Shown here in pieces: positions 18,901 through 28,257 of a DNA stretch of 64,000 nucleotides. The translations under genes and the position numbers were made by a program. The notes under the pieces were generated by a model. The model did not search any database and was not told the DNA's origin. It saw only the letters and a program-made list of their open reading frames with translations. The stretch covers positions 211,103 through 275,102 of the IMG/VR virus record IMGVR_UViG_3300048438_000153, one strand, 5' to 3'. Position 1 is the stretch's first letter. Every line of letters starts with the position of its first letter.

Positions 18901-21369
18901 GTTCTCATCCCCGAAAGAAATCGAACCACCTGAGTCAGTGATCGAACCATCGGCAATAGTAAGAGTTCCAACAGACGATCCTGAGACTCCCTCAGAAACC
19001 TTCCCGAAGACTACCTTCTCATCAGCGTCAGTTGTTACGAACTTGAGGTAAGAGTTAGCTCCCTCAGTGATGTCGAGAGCAGTCGCCTGAGCATCTGTTA
19101 AAGAGATGGTGAGGGTGTCTCCATCGGCGGAGATACTATCGAGGGCGATATCCCCTACATTCGTGATGTCCCCATCAGTAACACTTAACGAGGTAACAGT
19201 GGTTGCGCCCGATCCGAGAGTTCCCGTAGTTGAGAGGTTCTCATCTCCAAAGGAAATCGCGCCCCCTGAGTCAGTAATCGAGCCATCAGCGAGAGTAAGA
19301 TTTCCAACAGACGATCCTGAGACTCCCTCAGAAACCTTCCCGAAGACTACCTTCTCATCAGCGTCAGTTGTTACGAACTTGAGGTAAGAGTTAACACCCT
19401 CAGTGATGTCGAGAGCCGTTGCTTGAGCATCCGTAAGACTGATAGAAATGGTATTCCCATCAGCAGAAATACTATCAAGGGCGACATCACCTACGTTAGT
19501 GATATTTCCGTCAGTAACACTTAATGAAGTGACAGTGGCAGACCCCACTCCGAGAGTTCCCGTAGTTGAGAGGTTCTCGTTCCCGAAAGAAATAGCTCCA
19601 CCTGAGTCAGTAATAGAGCCGTCAGCGAGAGTGAGAGTTCCTACGGTAGACCCTGAGACTCCCTCAGACACTTTCCCGAAGACTACCTTCTCACCTTCAT
19701 TCGTGGTGACGAAGTTAAGGTAAGAGTTACCCGCTTCTGTGATATTGAGCGCGGTAGCTTCGTTATCCGTCAAAGTGATGGTGAGGGCACTGCCGTCAGC
19801 AGAAATGCTGTCGAGGGCGATATCCCCTACGTTAGTGATATTTCCGTCAGTAACACTTAATGAAGTGACAGTGGTAGCCCCCGCGCCGAGAGTACCTGTT
19901 GTCGAGAGGTTCTCGTTCCCAAAGGAAATAGCGCCCCCTGAGTCGGTAATCGACCCGTCAGCGAGAGTAAGAGTTCCTACGGTAGATCCTGAAGCAAGTG
20001 TGGCTACCCCCGCGCCGAGAGTTCCCGTAGTTGAGAGGTTTTCGTTCCCGAAAGAAATAGCTCCACCTGAGTCAGTAATCGACCCGTCAGCGAGAGTAAG
20101 AGTTCCTACGGTAGACCCTGAGACTCCCTCAGAAACCTTTCCGAAGACCACTTTCTCACCTGCGTCAGTTGTTACGAACTTGAGGTAAGAGTTAACACCC
20201 TCAGTAATGTCGAGTGAAGACTCTTGGTTGTCTGTAAGGCTGATAGAAATGGCATTTCCGTCAGCAGAAATGCTATCTAGGGAGATATCGCCTACATTCG
20301 TGATATTTCCGTCAGTAACACTTAATGAAGTGACAGTGGTTGCTCCAGCTCCGAGAGTACCTGAAGTTGAGAGGTTCTCATCCCCGAAAGAAATCGAACC
20401 GCCTGAGTCAGTAATCGAGCCATCAGCGAGAGTAAGAGTTCCAACTGTCGAGCCTGAAGCAAGTGTAGCCACACCCGCTCCGAGAGTTCCCGTAGTTGAG
20501 AGGTTCTCATCCCCGAAAGAAATCGCCCCACCTGAGTCAGTGATCGACCCGTCAGCGAGAGTAAGAGTCCCTACGGCAGACCCTGAGACACTCTCAAATA
20601 CTTTCCCGAAGACCACTTTCTCACCCTCGTCAGTTGTTACGAACTTGAGGTAAGAGTTAGCTCCCTCAGTAATGTCAAGAGACGACGCTTGATTGTCCGT
20701 AAGACTAATAGAAATGGTGTTGTTATCGGCGGAGATACTATCTAGGGCGATGTCCCCCACGTTAGTGATGTTTCCTTCGTTAACATTAAGAGATCCAAGA
20801 GAGAGAGTCCCTGATGTAAAGTCAGCGTTCCAAGAGTTGTCATTCTCGGTCACGTCAGCAGTACCTAGAGCGAAATAGTTGTTCTCTTCATCGAAATAGA
20901 AAACGCCAGGGTTCTGAGCCCCACCACCCTCTCCATCAGTCTGAAGTGGTCGTGTGAAGATGATGCCGATGGAGTCTCCGTTTGTTCCATTCGCATCGTG
21001 GGCGTTACCCTCACTCCCATCAGCCAAGACGATAACTCTATCCTGAACGAGAAGATCATTCGTAGTATTCTGAGTGGTTACGTTAAGTGTCCCAGGAATA
21101 GAAATGATCGAGTTGGCTTGACCTAATGTGATCGTGTTGGCTCCAAGAGTAGGACCAATCACGATTGATCCTGTCACCCCTATGTTTGAGGTGATTGAAG
21201 CATTGTTAGACATATCGGCGCGAAGAAGGTCTGCGCCTCCCGCATCTGCGCCGTTGTGGACGCGGATAGACTCAGTAGTGGTATCTACCGTGACCTCACC
21301 GATTGCGCCCGTAAAGGCATTGTTCTCAGCAGTAGTGCCTCTGCGTAATTGTACTCTTCTTACAGCCAT
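15955..21369 (-). CDS. Tail fibre/adhesin with an Mtd_N-like N-terminus and 112-aa tandem repeats
   Basis: VQLRRGTTAENNAFTGAIGEVTVDTT N-terminus; nine copies of the YL(K/N)FVTT...TLADGSITDSGG unit. Confidence 0.85.
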   Translation of the reverse strand: MAVRRVQLRRGTTAENNAFTGAIGEVTVDTTTESIRVHNGADAGGADLLRADMSNNASITSNIGVTGSIVIGPTLGANTITLGQANSIISIPGTLNVTTQNTTNDLLVQDRVIVLADGSEGNAHDANGTNGDSIGIIFTRPLQTDGEGGGAQNPGVFYFDEENNYFALGTADVTENDNSWNADFTSGTLSLGSLNVNEGNITNVGDIALDSISADNNTISISLTDNQASSLDITEGANSYLKFVTTDEGEKVVFGKVFESVSGSAVGTLTLADGSITDSGGAISFGDENLSTTGTLGAGVATLASGSTVGTLTLADGSITDSGGSISFGDENLSTSGTLGAGATTVTSLSVTDGNITNVGDISLDSISADGNAISISLTDNQESSLDITEGVNSYLKFVTTDAGEKVVFGKVSEGVSGSTVGTLTLADGSITDSGGAISFGNENLSTTGTLGAGVATLASGSTVGTLTLADGSITDSGGAISFGNENLSTTGTLGAGATTVTSLSVTDGNITNVGDIALDSISADGSALTITLTDNEATALNITEAGNSYLNFVTTNEGEKVVFGKVSEGVSGSTVGTLTLADGSITDSGGAISFGNENLSTTGTLGVGSATVTSLSVTDGNITNVGDVALDSISADGNTISISLTDAQATALDITEGVNSYLKFVTTDADEKVVFGKVSEGVSGSSVGNLTLADGSITDSGGAISFGDENLSTTGTLGSGATTVTSLSVTDGDITNVGDIALDSISADGDTLTISLTDAQATALDITEGANSYLKFVTTDADEKVVFGKVSEGVSGSSVGTLTIADGSITDSGGSISFGDENLSTTGTLGAGVATLASGSTVGTLTLADGSITSTGGTITFDDENLTTTGSITCTNITVNGTQTIISTTNLSVADQVIELNKDIGDNNNNSDIGIFLNRGLEDDALIIWDEGEGKFLLGTHSGAVNGTTTDFSGVVGLSKAGLLVSTLEATGTVSGATGSTFGDLTLADGSITDSSGAISFGDENLSTTGTLGAGATTVTSLSVTDGDISNVGDIALDSISADGNTISISLTDNQASSLDITEGANSYLKFVTTDADEKVVFGKVSEGVSGSSVGTLTLADGSITDSGGAVSFGDENLSTTGTLGAGATTVTSLSVADGDISNVGDIALDSISADGNSITLNLTDNQASSLDITEGANSYLKFVTTDADEKVVFGKVSEGVSGSTVGTLTLADGSITDSGGAISFGNENLSTTGTLGAGSATVTSLSVTDGDITNVGDIALDSISADGNAITLNLTDNQASSLDITEGVNSYLKFVTTDAGEKVVFGKVSEGVSGSTVGTLTLADGSITDSSGAISFGDENLSTTGTLGAGATTVTSLSVADGDITNVGDISLDSISADGNTISISLTDAQATALDIAEGANSYLKFVTTNEGEKVVFGKVSEGVSGSSVGTLTLADGSITDSGGVISFGDENLSTTGSLTSNSLTVSGGGVALGDGSNATSISVTTQTDEDTVGENLTISSGVGNGTGTGGSVIFQTGGDNAGALSTVLTLSSANKATFTGEVETGSNLILGNNVIQNSDGETTITLTADQKVTLSGDLDVTGVITGNSAVSGSLRFKDPTLYVGYTNTASTRDLGFVGAYGDSNFADFLMGVVYEVDNTVGGKSGAFKIFHGRADITEPAASYSVPDSDLAPLDVGSLNVKNGGLTVAKTTGLTGDEGVTNAPLFSTNTKAFQVAVTTDTAIADDAHSIGFVVNNTSVLSTSVIMATVASADNGGDILAEGGIEVYAHSITNATSFEFSLVNRIGSQINADSVITINFVIL
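16980..20780 (-). repeat. Nine coding repeats with a 336-bp core unit and optional 129-bp insert
   Basis: Equivalent positions at 17158, 17494, 17830, 18166, 19051, 19387, 19723, 20188, 20653 (spacings 336, 336, 336, 885, 336, 336, 465, 465). Confidence 0.9.
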
Positions 21370-21418
21370 TTCTTGTTCTCCTAGAAAGATGGGAGGGTTC
21401 TCTATTCTTACGTTTTAT

Positions 21419-21430
21419 ATAAACACTCTA
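21419..21430 (-). promoter_or_regulatory. Putative late promoter TA-N5-TTTAT (TAGAGTGTTTAT)
   Basis: 50 nt upstream of the tail fibre start. Confidence 0.6.
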
Positions 21431-24400
21431 CTAAACCACTAAGACCCCGTAGTCGTCAGCGCAGTAGAGTACCGTGTCAGCCACCGAGCCGAAATCAATG
21501 TTAAAGTCACCCTCCCCGAAAGCGTCGGCTACCGAGCCGTAGTCGATGACTTCCATGACTCGACCATAGATTACGAGGTCGCCTCCAACGAGAGCGTTCG
21601 GGTTCAGAGAAATACTCTGAGACGTAATCACAGGACTCTCGTTAACGTCTGTACCTATAGTTGGAACAGTACCCGGCTCAAATCTACTGTTGTTGGCGTT
21701 GTAGACAAGACCCTGACCATCGGCCAAATCAGTCAAGTCAACATCGGAGTGCGTTTCAACTGAGCCCAAGACGGTAAGATTTGAGCCATCTAACGCCCCT
21801 AACTTACCTTCTCCATCTGTAACAACCGCCTTGCCGTTCTCACCACCTCCGCCATTAATAGTAGTGTCGAGTGTAGAAGCAGAGCCGAGTCCTAAGTTGC
21901 CTCTCGCTACCGCTTCATTTCCCCCATCAGAAATCTCAGAAAGACTGTTGCCGACCTGAAGCAAGTCTGAAATGTCTGTAGTCGCTGTTGAAGTAAGACC
22001 GAGAGTAGACCTAGCTGTCGCGGAATCCGCGTCATCCAAAAGTGTTCTCGCAAAGGCTGTTACATCAGCCTCAGCCCAAGTATCTACTCCTGTAGTATAT
22101 ATGAGCTTATCAGCGCCCGTCCCGAGATCAGAAATAGCACTCAAGGTGGCGTCAAAAGCTTGGACGTCAGTGTCGATCTCTAACCCAAGAGTAGTTCGAG
22201 CCGTCGCTGAGTCAGCGTCATCTAAGAGTGTCCTAGAGAAAGCAGAAAGGGTGGCTTCAGCCCAAGTATCTACTCCCGTAGTATATATGAGCTTGTTAGC
22301 GCCTGTCCCGAGATCAGAAATACTCTGAAGAGTAGCATCGTAGGCTTGGACGTCAGTGTCGATCTCTAACCCAAGAGTAGTTCGAGCCGTCGCTGAGTTA
22401 GCGTCATCTAAGAGAGATCTAGCGAACGCCGTAAAGATGGTGATTGAGAAAGTATCTACGCCACTTGCATAAATGAGTCTATCAGCGCCCGTATTAACAC
22501 CAGCTAAAGCTTGTAATGTAGCATCATAAGCCTGAACATCAGAGCCGATCTCAACACCTAAGTTACCCCTCGCATTCGCGACGTTATCTAAGTCATTAAG
22601 ATTATTAGCTGACTGAAGAAGATTGCCAATGTCTGTTGTGGCTGTCGAAGTGAGGCCGAGGGTAGTTCTCGCTGTGTTAGCATCAGCATCGTCTAAGAGT
22701 GTTCTAGAGAAAGCAGAAAGGGTGGCCTCAGCCCAAGTGTCTACTCCCGTAGTGTAAGCGAGCTTATCAGCCCCCGTTCCGAGCGCGGAGAGAGAAGCTA
22801 ACGTCGCATCGTAGGCTTGAATATCAGTGTCGATCTCTAACCCAAGAGTAGTTCGAGCGGTCGCTGAGTTAGCATCGTCTAAGAGTGTCCTAGAGAAAGC
22901 AGAAAGGGTGGCTTCAGCCCAAGTGTCTACTCCCGTAGTATATATGAGCTTATCAGCTCCCGTCCCGAGATCAGAAATAGCACTCAAGGTGGCGTCAAAA
23001 GCTTGAACGTCAGACCCGATAGCGACACCGAGATTAGCCCTCGCATTCGCGACGTTATCTAAGTCATTAAGATTGTTAGCTGACAGAAGAAGATCAGCGA
23101 GGTCTGTTGTCGCAGTAGGGGTAAGACCGAGGGTCGCTCTAGCATCTGCTGAGTTAGCGTCATCTAAGATTGTTCTAGCGAAAGCAGAAAGAGTTGCTTC
23201 AGCCCAAGTATCCAATCCCGTAGTATATATGAGCTTATCAGCTCCCGTTCCGAGATCAGAAATAGCACTCAAGGTGCTGTCGAGAGGCTGATAAGTGTTT
23301 GCGAGATCCAAGTCTGTGATCTCTGCTTGAACATAAGCAGTAGTGGCGACGAGAGTTGAATCATCACCGAGATCAGGGCTTTCCACTCTTAATGGAGAAA
23401 GAGTCAGGTTGGCGTCATTAAACTCTGTGGCGGTGTGGGCATCAGTGGTCGTGCCTAGCTTGAACGTGTCTGTGCTCTCGTCAAAAAAGAACACCGCGTC
23501 ATTTCCCGTAGTCCCACGCTCGAAGAAAAGACCGATGTCATTGGGGTTAGCTCCGCCATCAACGCCTTTATTAAGTCTGACAATCGTATCTTCTACATCT
23601 AGTGTAGAAGTGTTGACTGTTGTCGTGTCGCCCTGAACTTGAAGATCACCACTTACGATAACCTTCGACCCAACACCTCCGAGCGTTAAGACTGAAGGGT
23701 TGCCATTATTGGTAGTCATCGTCGCGCCGATTGTTGCATCTGCGTTGGTGAAGTCGATTCCTGTCATGCCACTAAGAGTTGTGGAAGCCCCTCCCAAAGA
23801 AATGGATGTTGAACCTACAGTCAAAGAGCTGTTCGCGAGCTTATCGTTCGTGACGTCTCCATCAACAATCTTAGCAGTCGTAACAGAGTCGGCATCGAGC
23901 TTCGCCTCAGTGACGTTCCCATCTACGATTTTAGCCGTAGTAACGGAGTCAGCGTCGAGCTTCGCTTCAGTGATGTTGCCGTTCAAAATCTTAGCGGTGG
24001 TTACAGCATCGTTACTTATGGTAGCCAAGCCCTCGTTGGAGATAGAAACATCACCCGAGAGAGATACGTTCTTCCATTGATTGTCGTCCGCACCCCCATC
24101 GGAGTCGTAGACGATAATCTGAGCGTCTGCGACGTCGGCGAGGAGGACATCGTTGAGGTCATCGAGGCTAGAGACGTTGCCTGCTGCTTGCATGACGTCA
24201 TTGACCCACTCAGTAGTCGCTACTGTAGTGTCATCAGAGGCGAGGTCAGGAGTTGCTGAAGTAAGAGTACCCACCTCAAAGTTATATGCGAAAGCCCCGA
24301 AAGTAGTAGCTCTTGTGGTGAGCGCGATGCTTGCGTTGTCTGAGAGGTTAGACGTAGAAATCGTCTGATTCGCAAAACCACCATTTCCTGTACTCACTAA

Positions 24401-26929
24401 GAAATGGTTAGCGTTGACGAGTTCATCTCCATCCAAAGACACATCAGAAAGAGCGTCGATCCTCGCAGTGCTTCTCAAGAAGTTCTCTACTCCAAGCTGA
24501 ATGCTGACCTTCTCGAAAGAATCAGCTCCATTACCTAAGAGTAAATCACCGTCAGCGATCCCTGTAATGGTATCGAGAGAAGCATCTTTGGCTTGGTATG
24601 TGTTGGCGAGGTCGAGCGCAGTTATGTCTGCATCAATCGCGTCATCTACGTATTTCTTAGTGGAGGCGTGGGCATCAAGAGTAGGATCTTGGACACTGAC
24701 AGTAGAAAGCGTGAAATCGTAAGCGAAAGCCCCGAAGGTAGCTCCCACGCTCGTCTGAACTACATTACCTGTGTTAGAGAGGTCGCCGAAAGAAAGAATG
24801 CTGTTCTCAAAGGTTGAGTCATCCGCTCCGATTCTTAGGACCTGACCCTCGGCCTTCACACCGATTGTAGTGTCAGAAAGATTGTCTGAAGCTCCCACGC
24901 TCTTGAGGAAAGACTCTACGCCCTCTGTGACACTGACCTTCTCGAAAGAGTCAACGCCATTACCTAAGAGTAAATCACCGTCAGCGATCCCTGTGATGCC
25001 ATCAAGAGAAGCATCTTTAGCTTGATACGTATTGGCGAGGTCGAGCGCAGTTATGTCTGTGTCAATCTGAGCGTCTACATAGGCCGTAGTAGCGAGCTTC
25101 GTTGAGTTGTCGCTTGCGTTCTGAGTGGTAGCCGTAGCGTTCGCGCCTGTAAGGTCTACATCAGCAGTAAAGGTGTTATTCGCGGAGAAAGTCTGAACGG
25201 CATTGAGCCGAGCGACATTAGCGGTGTCTGTGAGGTCTGTAGAAGCAATGCTCACTGTCGCTGTGACTGTGCCGTCATTCACCCCCTCTGTGTCGTCATA
25301 AGAGAAAGTGATCCCTGTGTTACCCACGTTGTTTGCGGTGAACATTGGGCCGACTATATCTTGGACTTGCTCATCAGAAAGCTGAGTATCCGTATCTGTT
25401 TCGTCAGCGACCTCGAAAGACCCATTGTTATACTTAAGAATCTTTCCGTCAACGACACCTACGAGATCGACATCAGAAAGATCACCAGCAGAGAACCCCC
25501 CAAGACTTACAGTTGCGTCTATCGTGTCTGCGTTATCGTTAGGGGAGAAAGAAACACCTGTGTGAGCTCCACCTTGTAGAGCTGTGCCAACAGCGTCCCT
25601 TGCCATTTCGTCTGTGTAAGTCTGAGTAGGAGCTGTAAACTCAAATCGGTTGTTCCCCGCCACCCAAGCGAGGACGTTTCCGTCTTGAATGTTCGCAATC
25701 GAGTTGACGTCAGAAAGATCAGAGATGGAAGCACCTGAAGCGAGAAAGTCCCCTACATTACTCTGAGAAGCAGTGCCAAGAGCGAGCGCGAGGATGTCTG
25801 TGTCAATCTGAGCGTCTACATAAGCAGTGGTGGCGAGTTTCGTTGAGTTGTCGCTTGCGTTCTGAGTGGTGGCTAATACTGTTCCTGTGAAAGTCTGATT
25901 GGCGCTGAGGAGAGCGACATCTCCTGTCCCTGACAGCTCAGAGAAATCAAGATCTTCGTTAATCCAAGCGCCGTTCTCGTACTTCAAGACTTGGCTATTA
26001 GCGAGCCCCACTCCGCCAAGTGTGACGTTAGAAAGGTTTCCGATCTCAGCGTCAGTGCTTAAGAAAGACTCTAAGTCAGCACTGATGTTGATGACGCCAA
26101 AAGTGTCGTTTCCTGTAGCGATGATCAGGTCATTGTCTACAGGAGCGAGCGCGGATAAACCTGTCAAAGTCGCGTCGAGAGACTGTTTTGTAGCCACCTC
26201 GTCATCAACGTATTTCTTAGTCGATGCGTGGGCATCAAGAGTAGGATCTTGAACACTCACTGTAGAAAGAGTGAAGTCGTAAGCGAAAGCGCCGAAAGTA
26301 GACCCTGAGCTAGTCAAGACAACATCGGCGGAGTCTGAAAGCTCGGATGTTGATATCGTCTGATTCGCGAAGTTGTTTCCGTCAAAAACAAGGAACTCAT
26401 TGAGCGCGGGGTTCGCGACAGAAGCATCTCCGAGATCATTCAGATTAGCTGCGCCACCACCGCCACCTTGACCTGGTACCCACTGACCCACGTTCGCATC
26501 ATAGACTAAGGCGTTTCCGTCAACTAGACCTACTAGATTTACGTCAGAAATCAAGCTCAGAGTAAGGGTCGCGTTTTCCCATTTCCCAGCTCCCACGTTG
26601 TACTGAAGAAACTGATCATCAGCGAGTCCCGCTATCGTCACGTCAGATAGCTGAGCGAGTTGAGCGTTCCCCCCTAAGACTGCGTTTCCTACAACATCTT
26701 GGACGAACTCTGTGGTGGCGATGCGACCTGAACTCTCATTAAGTGGGATGCCACCTAAGATACTTAAAGTCCAATCACCTCCTGACCCTAGAATATAGCC
26801 TGATTGGTTGATGGAGGGTCCGGGTACAAGCCCGTCAGTACCCGCTTGCGCTCCATCTGTTCCTGTGAAAGCGGTCAAAACAATCGAAGAACCGCCCGTT
26901 GTGGTCGTGCCTGTGCCGAAAGAACTCAT
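21431..26929 (-). CDS. Long tail fibre/structural protein with several repeat types
   Basis: ATTAYVD, LSDLSDV and TLLDDA..ATARTTLGL fibre motifs; likely start ATG 26929 after AAGGAG. Confidence 0.85.
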   Translation of the reverse strand: MSSFGTGTTTTGGSSIVLTAFTGTDGAQAGTDGLVPGPSINQSGYILGSGGDWTLSILGGIPLNESSGRIATTEFVQDVVGNAVLGGNAQLAQLSDVTIAGLADDQFLQYNVGAGKWENATLTLSLISDVNLVGLVDGNALVYDANVGQWVPGQGGGGGAANLNDLGDASVANPALNEFLVFDGNNFANQTISTSELSDSADVVLTSSGSTFGAFAYDFTLSTVSVQDPTLDAHASTKKYVDDEVATKQSLDATLTGLSALAPVDNDLIIATGNDTFGVINISADLESFLSTDAEIGNLSNVTLGGVGLANSQVLKYENGAWINEDLDFSELSGTGDVALLSANQTFTGTVLATTQNASDNSTKLATTAYVDAQIDTDILALALGTASQSNVGDFLASGASISDLSDVNSIANIQDGNVLAWVAGNNRFEFTAPTQTYTDEMARDAVGTALQGGAHTGVSFSPNDNADTIDATVSLGGFSAGDLSDVDLVGVVDGKILKYNNGSFEVADETDTDTQLSDEQVQDIVGPMFTANNVGNTGITFSYDDTEGVNDGTVTATVSIASTDLTDTANVARLNAVQTFSANNTFTADVDLTGANATATTQNASDNSTKLATTAYVDAQIDTDITALDLANTYQAKDASLDGITGIADGDLLLGNGVDSFEKVSVTEGVESFLKSVGASDNLSDTTIGVKAEGQVLRIGADDSTFENSILSFGDLSNTGNVVQTSVGATFGAFAYDFTLSTVSVQDPTLDAHASTKKYVDDAIDADITALDLANTYQAKDASLDTITGIADGDLLLGNGADSFEKVSIQLGVENFLRSTARIDALSDVSLDGDELVNANHFLVSTGNGGFANQTISTSNLSDNASIALTTRATTFGAFAYNFEVGTLTSATPDLASDDTTVATTEWVNDVMQAAGNVSSLDDLNDVLLADVADAQIIVYDSDGGADDNQWKNVSLSGDVSISNEGLATISNDAVTTAKILNGNITEAKLDADSVTTAKIVDGNVTEAKLDADSVTTAKIVDGDVTNDKLANSSLTVGSTSISLGGASTTLSGMTGIDFTNADATIGATMTTNNGNPSVLTLGGVGSKVIVSGDLQVQGDTTTVNTSTLDVEDTIVRLNKGVDGGANPNDIGLFFERGTTGNDAVFFFDESTDTFKLGTTTDAHTATEFNDANLTLSPLRVESPDLGDDSTLVATTAYVQAEITDLDLANTYQPLDSTLSAISDLGTGADKLIYTTGLDTWAEATLSAFARTILDDANSADARATLGLTPTATTDLADLLLSANNLNDLDNVANARANLGVAIGSDVQAFDATLSAISDLGTGADKLIYTTGVDTWAEATLSAFSRTLLDDANSATARTTLGLEIDTDIQAYDATLASLSALGTGADKLAYTTGVDTWAEATLSAFSRTLLDDADANTARTTLGLTSTATTDIGNLLQSANNLNDLDNVANARGNLGVEIGSDVQAYDATLQALAGVNTGADRLIYASGVDTFSITIFTAFARSLLDDANSATARTTLGLEIDTDVQAYDATLQSISDLGTGANKLIYTTGVDTWAEATLSAFSRTLLDDADSATARTTLGLEIDTDVQAFDATLSAISDLGTGADKLIYTTGVDTWAEADVTAFARTLLDDADSATARSTLGLTSTATTDISDLLQVGNSLSEISDGGNEAVARGNLGLGSASTLDTTINGGGGENGKAVVTDGEGKLGALDGSNLTVLGSVETHSDVDLTDLADGQGLVYNANNSRFEPGTVPTIGTDVNESPVITSQSISLNPNALVGGDLVIYGRVMEVIDYGSVADAFGEGDFNIDFGSVADTVLYCADDYGVLVV
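21990..23290 (-). repeat. About six copies of a ~62-aa coding repeat (DATLSAISDLGTGADKLIYTTGVDTWAEATLSAFSRTLLDDA...)
   Basis: Visible in both protein and DNA (186-bp spacing at 22201/22387). Confidence 0.85.
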
Positions 26930-26938
26930 ATCGAACTC

Positions 26939-26984
26939 CTTTATATGTCTCTCTTCTTTCTCCAAGAGACATATAAAGACTTAA
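26939..26984 (-). promoter_or_regulatory. 14-bp perfect hairpin overlapping a near-consensus late promoter and the RBS of the fibre gene
   Basis: CTTTATATGTCTCT (26939-26952) / AGAGACATATAAAG (26965-26978); TTAAGTCTTTAT at 26973-26984. Confidence 0.7.
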
Positions 26985-27000
26985 TCAACCAAGACCGAGA

Positions 27001-27110
27001 AGGAGAAGACTACAAAGTGGATAAGGTTATCTGTGTGATAGACCGCACCGATGCTTTGAAAGAGGTTCTTTCTTCTGAAGGCATAGGCTATGAGAGCTTG
27101 ATTAAAGCCT
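27001..27110 (+). pseudogene. C-terminal remnant of an orotate phosphoribosyltransferase-like gene
   Basis: YKVDKVICVIDRTDALKEVLSSEGIGYESLI resembles the PyrE C-terminus; no PRPP-binding loop upstream. Confidence 0.45.
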
Positions 27111-27235
27111 CCCCGTTTCCTCGCGCAAAGAGAAAGGGTGAAAACCTTTACGCTACGAACGGTATTACGCCCCCAAAACTCGCTGACACCCTTCTTCTTC
27201 GCTTTTTTAAGAGAATGGGGGGACGAGGGAGAGGG

Positions 27236-27739
27236 TCACACCTTTACGAAGAAAGAAAGATTACCTGTGTTTCGGTCGGACTCTTTGTGGAAAGAGTTAC
27301 CCTTAGCCAAGAGACCTCTATCTACGCAGACCTTAAAAGATTTCTTAAAGTCCTCGATAGCGGAGGCTCGTTCCTCTTTCATGCGCTCTTTGAGAGAGAT
27401 GTCAAAGTTAAAGGCTTCGATCTCTAGGCACTCTTTGGTCGCTTTAGAAACCGAGTGGAGCGATGTCTTTCTTAAGTAATGGCGAACTTCTACAGAAGAG
27501 AAACCAACTACAGTCAGACAGATCAAGCCCTTATTGACAGTAAGGGTTTCGATATCCAAAGTGAGCGCCGACAAGCACTTGCGAAGGTACTTCTCCGCTT
27601 CAACACTAGCTATCTCTACGCACTGTTCTCTTAAGTCACCGAAAAAGTCGATGCGTAAGCTCTCTTCACTAGGAAGGTAAGTCGAAGAGAGTCCTCTTTT
27701 AGAAAACTCTTTCTTAACTTGAGTTATTGTGGGATTCAT
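27236..27739 (-). CDS. Hypothetical protein
   Basis: ORF with AAGGA RBS before ATG 27739 and a late motif 45 nt upstream. Confidence 0.65.
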   Translation of the reverse strand: MNPTITQVKKEFSKRGLSSTYLPSEESLRIDFFGDLREQCVEIASVEAEKYLRKCLSALTLDIETLTVNKGLICLTVVGFSSVEVRHYLRKTSLHSVSKATKECLEIEAFNFDISLKERMKEERASAIEDFKKSFKVCVDRGLLAKGNSFHKESDRNTGNLSFFVKV

Positions 27740-27783
27740 TTCTATGTCCTTTTCTCTGAAGTTCATCTCACACACAGTGTTAG

Positions 27784-27795
27784 ATAAATAAACTA
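27784..27795 (-). promoter_or_regulatory. Putative late promoter TA-N5-TTTAT (TAGTTTATTTAT)
   Basis: 45 nt upstream of ATG 27739. Confidence 0.55.
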
Positions 27796-27842
27796 TCCCT
27801 AAGAAGAAAGAGGTCTTTGATCATAGGGAATGAGAGCGACGC

Positions 27843-28256
27843 CTACACGATAACATCGTACTTGACGTCTCCTGTAAAAGCCGTCGATAACTCAACTACA
27901 AACCCTGTGGTAGACTTACTCTTGGCTCGCGCAAAAACGAAGTCTCCCACGAAAAAGAGGACTCGATAGTTAATGTTGGGCATAGGGGAGTCAAAGAAAA
28001 CGCTAGCTTCAGATTGGTTCGCAAAAGTAACCGTACCGCTCAGGGTAGAAATGTTAGACATGATAACCTCCAAGTTTGAAATAGCATCACTGATCGCTCT
28101 TTGAACCTCTACAGGGTAAGACCCTAAGAAAGCTATATTGTCTTTAGTGACGCTTGATACGGAAATAGACCCGTACTTGTTAGCCGACACAGAGAACTTG
28201 AATAGCCCCTGAGTAGACGGGTAAGAGTAAGAAAGAGTAGTTTCTTGCAGTATCAT
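27843..28256 (-). CDS. Small structural protein with an H-type-lectin-like C-terminal domain
   Basis: SGTVTF...VFFDSPMPNINYRV...KSTTGFVVEL pattern. Confidence 0.55.
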   Translation of the reverse strand: MILQETTLSYSYPSTQGLFKFSVSANKYGSISVSSVTKDNIAFLGSYPVEVQRAISDAISNLEVIMSNISTLSGTVTFANQSEASVFFDSPMPNINYRVLFFVGDFVFARAKSKSTTGFVVELSTAFTGDVKYDVIV

Positions 28257-28257
28257 T

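Noticed and set aside
15955-21369. Diversity-generating retroelement suggested by the Mtd_N-like N-terminus
   Set aside because: No reverse transcriptase and no adenine-specific TR/VR pair seen; repeat differences are mostly synonymous and involve all bases.
16931-26252. Many + strand ORFs of 60-150 aa inside the fibre genes
   Set aside because: Antisense shadows of repetitive minus-strand coding sequence.
26804-27479. 207-aa and 113-aa + strand ORFs
   Set aside because: They overlap real minus-strand genes at one or both ends; only the short PyrE-like segment looks protein-like.
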